This document shows positions 1 through 8,780 of a DNA stretch of 24,159 nucleotides, piece by piece. The notes under the pieces are model-generated. The model was given only the letters and a program-made list of their open reading frames with translations. It was not told where the DNA came from and searched no databases. Position 1 is the first letter of the stretch. Each line of letters begins with the position of its first letter. A program made the position numbers and the translations under genes. This DNA is from a virus (lineage: Duplodnaviria > Caudoviricetes): positions 1 through 24,159 of the IMG/VR virus record IMGVR_UViG_3300033475_000135. One strand, 5' to 3'.

Positions 1-1
1 A

Positions 2-328
2 CTTCTCCCATCCATTTTCCTTTATCCTCTTAATATATTCCATTGAGGATTGGTGAGTGTTATCGTCTATGATAATATTCGTAATATGTGGCATTTTTTG
101 GCTAATAAAGTTAAGCCACTGAATTACCACTGTTCCATTAGTAGTGAGCAACATATTACCGTTAGGATTAGTTTCCTTATTCCAGTATGTATAGAGCTTA
201 TTACTGCCGGGAAATGGCAATTTCTTCCCAAGAGACTGAATAATGAACGTTTCCTTGGGATTTAACGTTCTGGTTGAGGAGCTTTTGCCTGCTCCAGAAG
301 GACCGATAACTAAAGCAACTGTTGCCAT
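2..328 (-). CDS. AAA_24/Sak4-like P-loop ATPase (partial, 3' end outside window)
   Basis: Not in the ORF track. Manual translation from ATG at 328 gives MATVALVIGPSGAGKSSSTRTLNPKETFII...IIIDDNTH, with Walker A GPSGAGKS and Walker B IIIDD. The frame stays open to the window edge. Confidence 0.85.
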   Translation of the reverse strand, partial: MATVALVIGPSGAGKSSSTRTLNPKETFIIQSLGKKLPFPGSNKLYTYWNKETNPNGNMLLTTNGTVVIQWLNFISQKMPHITNIIIDDNTHQSSMEYIKRIKENGWEK

Positions 329-345
329 TGTTGGATTTGTTTCTA

Positions 346-376
346 CAAAGATATGCAAAAACTGAAAAACATCCAA
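346..376 (-). promoter_or_regulatory. Bacteroidota sigmaA-type promoter (-33/-7)
   Basis: Minus strand TTG-N20-TATCTTTG matches the TTG...TAnnTTTG consensus, 17 nt upstream of the ATPase ATG. Confidence 0.75.
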
Positions 377-384
377 CGAAATTG

Positions 385-864
385 TTACTTTTTATTCAAG
401 AAATCCACTTGTATAGGGTAGAGATCAGTTAAGGTTTCGATTGTGCTCTTTATATTATTATCGATCGCACCTTTCAAGATATGCCTTAAATAATCTGCTT
501 GCACAGTCTGACTAGTTATCTTATCAATATAGTGCGGCTGGATAGCAATATACACCTGTAGGTCTTTACCTTTGTAGTATTCAATGAATCGTGTATAAAA
601 GGATGGGGCTCCTTCAAATACATCAAGCATTTTTATCTGCCTGCTAGTCATTTGATAAACAACACCTTCCACAAACTCATTTCTACTATATCCTTTTACA
701 GGATGTAGATTTGCATAAGGACCACCATGTTCTTGATTACCAGCATTGAATACAAGCCGGTAACCATATAAACGATGCACTCCCAGATTGATAACCTTCC
801 CTACCCGTGCTTCCAATCTTTGTTGATTCAAATTGGAGCCATACGCGAAATAGTATTTTTTCAC
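385..864 (-). CDS. gamma-glutamylcyclotransferase (GGCT/AIG2-like) family protein
   Basis: N-terminal YFAYGSNL motif, VEGVVY, and LDVFEG carrying the catalytic Glu; GTG start. Confidence 0.85.
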   Translation of the reverse strand: MKKYYFAYGSNLNQQRLEARVGKVINLGVHRLYGYRLVFNAGNQEHGGPYANLHPVKGYSRNEFVEGVVYQMTSRQIKMLDVFEGAPSFYTRFIEYYKGKDLQVYIAIQPHYIDKITSQTVQADYLRHILKGAIDNNIKSTIETLTDLYPIQVDFLNKK

Positions 865-874
865 TTTGGGAATT

Positions 875-2002
875 TTAGAATAATAATGATTTATTTTTCT
901 GGCTTAACCTTTCACGGGTAAGCCAATCGTAGAACTTTTGTAGCTCTTCCTTTTGTTTTTCAGCATGCGGGATTTCCCAGAAAATCTCAGAAGCACCATC
1001 AAAGTATAAAGGAACTGACACATTGTCAAATCCTTCATTACTCTTTATTACTTCTAATTCTCTGAAATTGTTTGCGATATGCCCAATATTATACCCTCTG
1101 TAATTCTCAATCTTGAATTTATGTGGATTGAATAGTGAGAATAGTAGATGATAACTTCTGGTTACCTCTTTAGTTCCACCGAGATTGGCCATTGAAGGTT
1201 TAATCTTTTCGATAATAGAACCTCCTGTATTAGTAAACTGCTGTCTTTCAGCTTCTAATGCCTGCTGATGGATGATGATACAAGTCATCTTAAATATCTT
1301 GGAATAGATAAGTCGGCAGTCGCGCTGGACGAAACTATCCATTGCATCCTTCTTATCGGAATGATGTTTTTCCTTGTCGATATTATTAAGATTATCACAT
1401 GCAAGTAGCCAATGTAAACCTTTATTATGGGGGATATAATCGACTATTTGCTTGTGTATTTTACCATCACCAAAATCAACATCTTTTGTAATTATCTCAC
1501 CATTTTCAGCCGCAGTTTTTATGACATCCTGATAGATGGCATAAGGTCTTGTAAATCCGTCCTTTATCCTAACTTTAGAAGCAAAATCCTGCATGTATTT
1601 CTCTGCATCCTTTATATGCGCGATTACATCACTAGAGAGTGCCTTGAACTTAGAATCTAAATCGAATGTACTAATCTTTATATTATATTTTGCATTCAGA
1701 TGGTGACAGAGGATATTCTTATATACCTTCATAGCACTATCTTCCAATGCATAATAATCTATCAAAACATCATAATTATTCACTAGAGAGAATTCATACG
1801 GATACATTATGAATGTATATCGTAGAAATTTGGACTTAGCTGCTCCAGTAAAGGAAGTGATTCCAATAACACTCTCCTTATCTATACTTGGTACAAACTC
1901 CGAAAGTCTCGGATAGGGATAGGGAATGCCATTGAAACCACCTGCCTTCTTGATCTCGGCCTTCTGTTCGATATTACTTAGAGTTGATTCAAACAGATTC
2001 AT
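875..2002 (-). CDS. dnaB: DnaB-like (SF4) replicative helicase
   Basis: Degenerate Walker A (FTGAAKS), YYALED, DNLN, IIIHQQ and VIKSNEG motifs in DnaB order; sits in the replication cluster. Confidence 0.7.
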   Translation of the reverse strand: MNLFESTLSNIEQKAEIKKAGGFNGIPYPYPRLSEFVPSIDKESVIGITSFTGAAKSKFLRYTFIMYPYEFSLVNNYDVLIDYYALEDSAMKVYKNILCHHLNAKYNIKISTFDLDSKFKALSSDVIAHIKDAEKYMQDFASKVRIKDGFTRPYAIYQDVIKTAAENGEIITKDVDFGDGKIHKQIVDYIPHNKGLHWLLACDNLNNIDKEKHHSDKKDAMDSFVQRDCRLIYSKIFKMTCIIIHQQALEAERQQFTNTGGSIIEKIKPSMANLGGTKEVTRSYHLLFSLFNPHKFKIENYRGYNIGHIANNFRELEVIKSNEGFDNVSVPLYFDGASEIFWEIPHAEKQKEELQKFYDWLTRERLSQKNKSLLF

Positions 2003-2733
2003 TATGCCATTATTTCAAGATTATTACTGGATTCAGAACTTCCTTCAGCTTGCTCATGCAATACCTGATCACACCATGCTGCCAAGTCGGACATTTTATC
2101 CTTCTGACTGCTTTCCACACGATAAATAAAATAGACGGCACATCTCGTGTATTGAAATCCTTCAGCCCTTTTGGAATCAATATATTTCTGGGTTGCCTTA
2201 AGGATAGTACTCTTGTCATAAGGATATTCCTTCATAAATACCTTCATTTTACGAAGGCATGAAATCCGGTCACCTCGGACTAATCGACCACCACTTTTGA
2301 GGCCCCTTGGAAATATATCTATCCATTCATCAATCCATCCTTCGAGAGAGTCTGGACTAACTACTTTGCCAAGCTGGTCTTCTTCAATGCCTGCTACCGC
2401 TATTTTTGCACTATCCACTTGCTGATGGGTCTGGGCAAACTCAGCCTTAATATACTCTACAAACTCAATCCCTGCTTTGGTGAGTACGTAATGAGGACTA
2501 TCCTTTTCCGCTTCACTATTCACTTCGATTAAGTCCCTATTTTGTAGCTCTGTATACAAAATGAATGCACGCTTCTGCCTATTGAAATCATCAAACTCAT
2601 CTAATAGATCAATTCGATCTTCATATAGAGCAAAAAGAATAAACAGGACAGACCCAATCTGATCCACCTGAAAGTTTTGCGATTTTACTTTTTTGATAAT
2701 GCTCGTGTTAAGCTGAATCTCCAGATTTGCCAT
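2002..2733 (-). CDS. putative replication initiator / helicase-loader-like protein
   Basis: wHTH-like 'YVLTKAGIEFVE' segment and C-terminal 'IFPRG...ILKATQKYI' region; translationally coupled between the SF2 helicase and DnaB-like genes. Confidence 0.5.
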   Translation of the reverse strand: MANLEIQLNTSIIKKVKSQNFQVDQIGSVLFILFALYEDRIDLLDEFDDFNRQKRAFILYTELQNRDLIEVNSEAEKDSPHYVLTKAGIEFVEYIKAEFAQTHQQVDSAKIAVAGIEEDQLGKVVSPDSLEGWIDEWIDIFPRGLKSGGRLVRGDRISCLRKMKVFMKEYPYDKSTILKATQKYIDSKRAEGFQYTRCAVYFIYRVESSQKDKMSDLAAWCDQVLHEQAEGSSESSNNLEIMA

Positions 2734-3865
2734 TCTCGTTTTCTAGTTTTAGGATATACGTTTTTGCCGATTCAATGCCCATATTCTTACAAGCTTTCCT
2801 GATCTTATCAAGAACTATCGTAGGATATGTACGCACTTTGTTCATTTTCAACTGCTTGTAATACGGAACCAAGAAATAAACTCTTAATACCTCTCCAATC
2901 TTTAATCTCTTTCCCCTTCCAGACTTTTGGATCATTTTAGTTTCGCTACCTGTCATAGCCTCCATTATGATCGTATTCACTCCGTTTAGGTTAATACCCC
3001 TATCTACCTTTCCACATACAGCTAACTTGTTAGCTTTACCTTCATTGAATAGATCAAGATGGCCAAGCTCCTGATTCTTACTGTGATAGGAGTAGTAGGA
3101 TACACTATCTGCCTGCTCAGTACTACCGCAAAAGATCAATATTTTAGATTCTGAGTCTTTATTTCTCAGGTCTTTTATTAATCCTCTGCAAATGTACGAT
3201 GAACTACTTAAATTAGCAAGAAAATGTAGTCGTTCGAAAGATAAAAATTTGATTCGGTCTTTGGTATGTTTATTTTCTGGTTGTAACAGTAAATGATGAA
3301 AGCGTTTGTTGAACTGTAGGTATTCTGCATTCTCCTTATCATTTAATAAATAAGGCACATAGAATAATTCAGATTTGTTTACTACTTCCTTCTCCTCTAT
3401 CTCCTTTAACTGCCGCTCGTAGACGATTGGGAGAATATCCTTGATGAGCTTTCGCTTCTTTGGTTCTAATGTAGCACTAACAAATATGATGTGATCAAAA
3501 GTATTACTAGTGAATAGTTGCGAATAAGCAGGAGTCAGACCATAATCACCTTCATCTGCCAGAAGTATATTATAGTGCTCTCCATTTTTCTTATACGCAG
3601 AAGCATAACACTGCTTCTCTATCACCTGAGAATACTCTTCACCACCCCATTTCTTCAACTCTTCATCGAAATCGGTATCACGTAACCTAATACTATCACA
3701 AGTGTATAATACACTCATACCGGGACGATATAGCTCCTTTAGAGCTTCAATCAACACATAGCTTTTGCCTGTTCCGGTTGGTAAGATAATAATGCCCCGA
3801 TAGTTGTTACTTCTCAGGGCATCCAGAGCTTCCAATTGCAGCTTACGCCGCTCCTCATTAATCAT
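2708..3865 (-). CDS. superfamily 2 (DExD/H-like) helicase
   Basis: PTGTGKS (motif I), DEGD (II), SAT (III), RGINL (V), QKSGRGKR (VI). Confidence 0.88.
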   Translation of the reverse strand: MINEERRKLQLEALDALRSNNYRGIIILPTGTGKSYVLIEALKELYRPGMSVLYTCDSIRLRDTDFDEELKKWGGEEYSQVIEKQCYASAYKKNGEHYNILLADEGDYGLTPAYSQLFTSNTFDHIIFVSATLEPKKRKLIKDILPIVYERQLKEIEEKEVVNKSELFYVPYLLNDKENAEYLQFNKRFHHLLLQPENKHTKDRIKFLSFERLHFLANLSSSSYICRGLIKDLRNKDSESKILIFCGSTEQADSVSYYSYHSKNQELGHLDLFNEGKANKLAVCGKVDRGINLNGVNTIIMEAMTGSETKMIQKSGRGKRLKIGEVLRVYFLVPYYKQLKMNKVRTYPTIVLDKIRKACKNMGIESAKTYILKLENENGKSGDSA

Positions 3866-3872
3866 CGATAGC

Positions 3873-3892
3873 TATACGTATTTATACGTATT
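3873..3892. repeat. perfect 10-bp tandem repeat (TATACGTATT)x2, each containing the palindrome ATACGTAT
   Basis: Read directly from the sequence; a third ATACGTA copy lies at about 3943-3949. Confidence 0.7.
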
Positions 3893-3977
3893 CTAACGAG
3901 ATTGTCAAAGCTCGCTTGAGGACAATATTGTTGCGGAGCTTGATACGTACTTTGTTACTTGTTTCATTTTGAGACTG

Positions 3978-5963
3978 TTAGAATAAATGTAATTGATTAC
4001 TCTTTGGTCTTATACCCTCAATCTCCTTGTTCGCTTCTGCTATATAGAAATGCTTATCCAAATTATTAGGGATTGAATTGTCATCAATACGGTTTACAGA
4101 TGTCACGAGTGCAGTGGCACTCACAGCAGTAATTCTCCCGTCTTTATATTCTTTTACGAATCTTCCTCCACCTTTTGCCATATAATAGCGGGTTACCTTT
4201 TGTTGAACTTCACGCAGGTGTTCGCCATTGACTACTCTGTGGATGACGAGATCAAAATCCCACTTTTTCTTGACACCGTAGCAAAAATCCAGAAGATTGT
4301 CACATGATTCAATTGTTTGCGATACTGGTATACCTAATACCAATTCATTGAATACTGCCTTAGTGATAATAATACCACTAGGATTCTTATGCCAATCCAT
4401 CTTAATCTCAAATCGGCCCTTAAGCTTTGTAGGGAAATAGTACAAATCCCCATTTTCGCCTGCCTCGTAGACATAATAAGGTTCAGATTTCTGAAGACTA
4501 AGCCATTCCTCCTTGGACTTTGCTTTTCTCTTGGAGAATATTCCAATATAGTTATTTACATCTGCTAAGATGATCTTTTCGTACTCATCATGCTCTAGTT
4601 CCAGTTTGGTTAATTCTTCCCATAGTTTACAACGATTGATGAACTCTTGTTCATATTTGCGCGGTAAACGAATTTCCAAACCATCCGTATTCATCATAAT
4701 AAGCTGGCTTTCTGGGATTCCCGATAAGCTTTCAGCCAACATACTAAGGAGCAATTGTCCGTTGATAGTAGTTTTCATTGTTACAAGCGTGTCGTACAAG
4801 AAACTATTCATGTCATTAGACAACCCGTAAGTCGAGTTCAGAATGATCTTATAAATGTAATTAATGGGGTCTTTCTTACCGTATTTACTACGTTCAAGAT
4901 AGAACCATTTATATCTATTGGAGAATGTTGCACCAAGATGTGCTGGAGTAAATCCGTAATTGATGATCATATTCGGATAGAAAGACTTCACATCTACAGT
5001 CTTTATCACAAATTCATCGTCGGAAGTGTAGATGCCTGATCCACACGTACCATGCACACCACCAACCCCATAATCTATATTAATGCCTTTATACTTTACA
5101 GAGTAATTAAAACACTCTCGTGTTTCGTTAGCATTAACTGTTGTCTTCTTGAAAAAGGCGTACAAATCCTTGAACGTCTTATCCTCAAACTTCACTATGG
5201 GGATGATTACCTTTCCGAGGTGAATTTCCTTTCTGAAAGTCCTTCTAGCTTTTAAATCCCTCACTTCAATACCTGCATCCTGCGCTAGTAACTTTGCTAA
5301 GATTTCTCTAGCCATACGTGGCTCAGAGGCGTTAAGCAGGTTGATATTGAACTGATCTGACAATTGGAGACGCAAATCTGTCTCATACTTATTTCGAACA
5401 AAGAACTCAAGGGTTGCTTCAACGTCATTCCAGTTATATGATAGAATATCCTGTATCTGGTCTGCGCTTACCAATTTATCATGCGGTAAAGGCATTTCCT
5501 CGATATTAGGGAGTCTCATCGTAAACTCAAGCCATTTTAGACTGGTTTTCTTAGCCTTACCATCGTAGTGCTTCTGCTTATATACATCTAATTGAAGATG
5601 AGAGAGCTGACTCTCTGGTACATTCTGTTTATACCTTTCTTCTTCCTTAGTCTGTAATACTTGCTGTGCTTTAGCATATAATGTTCTAGCTAACTTGTCC
5701 CCATCTAACTTCTTCAAATACTCATAGTTTATCATTATAAAATGAATAATCTGTGAGTCGAAGTCTATATTGTTGAATCCTACAAGATAGTATTTATGGC
5801 TTCGTAGCGCACATAGAAATGTGTATAGTTTCTCGAAGTCATTCCTACTATTGTGGATGACAAATTCTTTCTTTTGCTTGGTTTCATAATCTTTGAAACA
5901 ACCTGTAAATAAATTACAAATAGTTTCTAAATCATATACTGTATAACGTTCCTGATTAGCCAT
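3978..5963 (-). CDS. polB: family B DNA polymerase with 3'-5' exonuclease
   Basis: Exo motifs YDLET, GFNNIDFD, YNWNDV; polymerase motifs DVKSFYP, KIILNSTYG, NTDG. ATG at 5963 is preferred over TTG at 5969, which lies inside the promoter. Confidence 0.93.
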   Translation of the reverse strand: MANQERYTVYDLETICNLFTGCFKDYETKQKKEFVIHNSRNDFEKLYTFLCALRSHKYYLVGFNNIDFDSQIIHFIMINYEYLKKLDGDKLARTLYAKAQQVLQTKEEERYKQNVPESQLSHLQLDVYKQKHYDGKAKKTSLKWLEFTMRLPNIEEMPLPHDKLVSADQIQDILSYNWNDVEATLEFFVRNKYETDLRLQLSDQFNINLLNASEPRMAREILAKLLAQDAGIEVRDLKARRTFRKEIHLGKVIIPIVKFEDKTFKDLYAFFKKTTVNANETRECFNYSVKYKGINIDYGVGGVHGTCGSGIYTSDDEFVIKTVDVKSFYPNMIINYGFTPAHLGATFSNRYKWFYLERSKYGKKDPINYIYKIILNSTYGLSNDMNSFLYDTLVTMKTTINGQLLLSMLAESLSGIPESQLIMMNTDGLEIRLPRKYEQEFINRCKLWEELTKLELEHDEYEKIILADVNNYIGIFSKRKAKSKEEWLSLQKSEPYYVYEAGENGDLYYFPTKLKGRFEIKMDWHKNPSGIIITKAVFNELVLGIPVSQTIESCDNLLDFCYGVKKKWDFDLVIHRVVNGEHLREVQQKVTRYYMAKGGGRFVKEYKDGRITAVSATALVTSVNRIDDNSIPNNLDKHFYIAEANKEIEGIRPKSNQLHLF

Positions 5964-5966
5964 CTG

Positions 5967-5997
5967 CAAATATACAAAATAGCGTCATTCCCTCCAA
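5967..5997 (-). promoter_or_regulatory. Bacteroidota sigmaA-type promoter (-33/-7)
   Basis: Minus strand TTG-N20-TATATTTG, same spacing as the promoter at 346-376, ending 3 nt before the polB ATG. Confidence 0.72.
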
Positions 5998-5999
5998 CT

Positions 6000-6203
6000 T
6001 TAGTTTGATAATTTGATTAATTCTTCTTTTACCTCTTTCCAGTAGTTAGCTGTTAGGGGTGGTCGCTGCTCTGATGTATCCTGAATAATAAGATCGCAAG
6101 CAGCTAGTGCATCAATGGCATTTGTGAATTGTGCAGGAATCCTATCCCTTATCTGATTGGGATGTATTCCCAAGAACCATTGTGCTCTTTGTTTTGCGGT
6201 CAT
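6000..6203 (-). CDS. hypothetical protein
   Basis: 67-aa ORF on the coding strand; C-terminal YWKEVKEEL is typical of small Bacteroidota-phage proteins. Confidence 0.7.
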   Translation of the reverse strand: MTAKQRAQWFLGIHPNQIRDRIPAQFTNAIDALAACDLIIQDTSEQRPPLTANYWKEVKEELIKLSN

Positions 6204-6552
6204 TCTTAATCTTTTTATTTACAAGAATAAGGGCTTTTTGCATAGCAGCCACTCGCTTCTCATATCCCTTTCTTCCACGTCTATTCCACCAATAACGACT
6301 ACCAGAGCTAGATTTAAAGAATGGTTTCTGCTTCCATAGCTCGGGAAAATTAGCCTTTGGATTGGTGAAATGGTATGCTATATATGTAGGATCAATATTC
6401 TGAGCCTCAAATGCTATATACCAACATAATCCGAATGGATATTCTCTCTCATCCTCAGGATATTTCTCCTGCGCTAATCCTTTGGAAAGGAAAGTACTAA
6501 GAACATTAATATATATCTTAGACCGCTGAATAGGGGTAAATCGTGATTCCAT
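6142..6552 (-). CDS. hypothetical protein
   Basis: Start reassigned to MESRFTP at 6552, giving a TAATG overlap with the upstream stop. Confidence 0.7.
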   Translation of the reverse strand: MESRFTPIQRSKIYINVLSTFLSKGLAQEKYPEDEREYPFGLCWYIAFEAQNIDPTYIAYHFTNPKANFPELWKQKPFFKSSSGSRYWWNRRGRKGYEKRVAAMQKALILVNKKIKNDRKTKSTMVLGNTSQSDKG

Positions 6553-6935
6553 TATCGTAATATTACTCCGTAAGTTGTAAATGCCCATAGTTCGAGTTGC
6601 TCAATAAATACCATCCACCCATACTCATTTAATTGTTGAGTACTAAGTGTCTCAGTATGAAACAATTCAGGGGTATTCTTAAGCATTTCTACCAGAATTT
6701 CACCCTTCACTATCTCATGCAAATCATATCGAGTTTCTCCAACATCTGCTGCGAGAGCATCAAGCTTCGCAAAATAACAAGCTCTATAGTCCTTTATAGA
6801 GCTTTTAGGATTAAGACCTTGGATAGTTATTAAATACTTCCCGTCAAATAGCATTTCAAAAAGACTAGCTAGATTCGCTTGGGTATATTTAAATACTCCA
6901 TCAGATTTTTCTCCCAGTGTATAGAAACGTGTCAT
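6552..6935 (-). CDS. NinB-like recombination protein
   Basis: The pattern Y-F..L..LA..G....LHE..K...ST..L....W..FIEQLE.WA resembles NinB/Orf family proteins. Confidence 0.55.
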   Translation of the reverse strand: MTRFYTLGEKSDGVFKYTQANLASLFEMLFDGKYLITIQGLNPKSSIKDYRACYFAKLDALAADVGETRYDLHEIVKGEILVEMLKNTPELFHTETLSTQQLNEYGWMVFIEQLELWAFTTYGVILR

Positions 6936-7486
6936 TAATAGTTTTTATCGAACCATTCATCAAAGCACTTACTTTCGGGTATTTCTAGCTGAAAAGCACC
7001 TCCCGCTAGGAAAGCTTTCCTAGCTATTTCCTTTAATTCCTCCCTATTCCAGCTTTCCTTTGTAGAGAGGATTATTACCTCTGGTCTATAGTTAGGAGTA
7101 TTTAGTTGGGCTACCATTTCCACTTCGCTTGATGAATTTAGCTGAATATACACATACTCAATCTTCCCTCTTTTCTCTACATACTCTTCAATGAATAATT
7201 GAGGTATAAGAGGTAAGCCTAAGGAAGTATCGGTGGTAGCTTCTACTTTTTTGGCAGTCTTATTCGGTAGGTATATTGAGGTTTTCCACCTGAATAATTT
7301 GTCATCTTTTCCTATAACCCAATCTTCTTCTTCAATCTCTTTATCAGAGACTAAATAGAGATGATGGCCATTTATAGCTTCTGGACGATTGCTATCTCCT
7401 AAAAATAACCATGCTCCCCATTTTGAAAGAAGACCATCTTTTGCTTTATTTAGAAGCATTACAGGATATACTTCAAGCTTTTTCAT
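6935..7486 (-). CDS. conserved phage hypothetical protein
   Basis: 183 aa with HLYLVSDKEIEEEDWVI...KKVEATTD..LPLIPQ.FIEEYV, a pattern I recall from Bacteroidota phages; TAATG coupling with the downstream gene. Confidence 0.75.
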   Translation of the reverse strand: MKKLEVYPVMLLNKAKDGLLSKWGAWLFLGDSNRPEAINGHHLYLVSDKEIEEEDWVIGKDDKLFRWKTSIYLPNKTAKKVEATTDTSLGLPLIPQLFIEEYVEKRGKIEYVYIQLNSSSEVEMVAQLNTPNYRPEVIILSTKESWNREELKEIARKAFLAGGAFQLEIPESKCFDEWFDKNY

Positions 7487-7487
7487 A

Positions 7488-7691
7488 TTAATAATTTTCT
7501 CTGGAAATAGTTTCAGTACACTTCCATCCGATAGGATAGGATTTGATTATATGAGGCATTTCCAATACTCCACAAGAATAACTACTTCCACTCATCACCT
7601 GCCACATGCTTCCTGTATCAGTATGAAATATTAATAGCTCATCATCTCCATCATGACCTTTCTCAATCTTGGTTATTAAATCGTCAATCAT
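7488..7691 (-). CDS. hypothetical protein
   Basis: 67-aa ORF with an ATGA overlap with the HNH gene. Confidence 0.65.
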   Translation of the reverse strand: MIDDLITKIEKGHDGDDELLIFHTDTGSMWQVMSGSSYSCGVLEMPHIIKSYPIGWKCTETISRENY

Positions 7692-8068
7692 TTTAACCGT
7701 GTTTGTGAAAAATTAAGTTCTTTTGCTTCCTTTGGATGCATTTCGATCCAATGATGGCATGCTCGGCATACTGGGAGCCATGTGTCCTCTCGAAGTAGAT
7801 AGATTCCTCTACCCTTCATATGATGAATGTCAGTTGCGATCTTGACGCAGAAACTTAGATTAGCAGCGCAGAGGGGGTGGGATTGAAGATATTCTCCTCT
7901 TTGGAAGTTATATTGCTGCGTTTGATTGCGAAGTTTCTTACTTATCCTGTTAATAGGTGTATTCTGCGTCATTTTAGGAGATGTCTTATCCTGCCGAAGA
8001 TATTGATGTGATTTACAATATCCTCCTCCGAATACGGGATTTGTGCAGGCATTACACTTCTTAGGCAA
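7688..8068 (-). CDS. HNH endonuclease-like Zn-binding protein
   Basis: CxxC...CxxH N-terminus; C..C..ATDIHHMKGRG...VCRACHHWIE; TTG start. Confidence 0.8.
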   Translation of the reverse strand: MPKKCNACTNPVFGGGYCKSHQYLRQDKTSPKMTQNTPINRISKKLRNQTQQYNFQRGEYLQSHPLCAANLSFCVKIATDIHHMKGRGIYLLREDTWLPVCRACHHWIEMHPKEAKELNFSQTRLK

Positions 8069-8266
8069 TTATTTGAAGAATGCAAGGTATACTATCCAAA
8101 AGATCAGATAGAGAATAGTAAAAAATCCTCCCTGAGCTAACATAGCTAGGGGTCCAAGGCAATCATCCTGATTATCACGCCACGATCTGTACATACCATA
8201 CAACCAGATAAGTGTAACTAGTATGATAATTACTAACTTGAGAGTATGAATACTTAGTGTAATCAT
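8069..8266 (-). CDS. small two-TM membrane protein
   Basis: Start MITLS at 8266 (ATGA overlap); two hydrophobic stretches. Confidence 0.7.
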   Translation of the reverse strand: MITLSIHTLKLVIIILVTLIWLYGMYRSWRDNQDDCLGPLAMLAQGGFFTILYLIFWIVYLAFFK

Positions 8267-8607
8267 AAAGTTTGTTTGTAATCTTCCGGGTGAATACACA
8301 ATTCGTATAGTGTATCAATAGGGTTTATCTTATTCATTTCATGAACAAGTTTCTGAGCTATCATGCGAATAGCCCATGAAAGGGTACAATCTATATGAGC
8401 ATCGATATAACGGTGAGCAGCTAGATCAACGAGATGAGTGAAGCAGAATTCTAGCCAAGGAATTTCCTCTTCATCTATCCAGTTCATCACATACCAATGA
8501 TCTAATCCGTAACCATGTCCTAGCATTGTACCAAAATGAGGAGCAACTTCTTTAGCTAGAAAATCCAGCCTTTTCTGTTGCTCCTCTGTTAACTGAATCC
8601 TTTTCAT
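8263..8607 (-). CDS. hypothetical protein
   Basis: Likely start MKRIQLTEEQ at 8607; the upstream extension in the track overlaps a structured segment. Confidence 0.7.
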   Translation of the reverse strand: MKRIQLTEEQQKRLDFLAKEVAPHFGTMLGHGYGLDHWYVMNWIDEEEIPWLEFCFTHLVDLAAHRYIDAHIDCTLSWAIRMIAQKLVHEMNKINPIDTLYELCIHPEDYKQTL

Positions 8608-8737
8608 TATTATGCCGTTAGGAAATAAAATTAAGAACTTCCGAATGGAGATGCTGTTGCATCTCATGGTCTTATGTAATAAGAGTATATATCCTCACCT
8701 CCATTCAACACGCTTTCTCAAATACATAAATAATGAT

Positions 8738-8770
8738 TAAAAATTGGGAGAGTAGAATTCCTACCCTCCC
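8738..8770 (-). terminator. intrinsic terminator after the Nampt-like gene
   Basis: GGGAGGGTAG-GAATT-CTACTCTCCC followed by AATTTTT. Confidence 0.75.
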
Positions 8771-8780
8771 TTGCCTATTT

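Noticed and set aside
3905-3967. 20-aa ORF MKQVTKYVSSSATILSSSEL
   Set aside because: Too short and low in complexity to support.
3978-5963. Intein or intron in the polymerase or helicases
   Set aside because: Motif spacing is compact and continuous, with no intein termini or inserted endonuclease visible.
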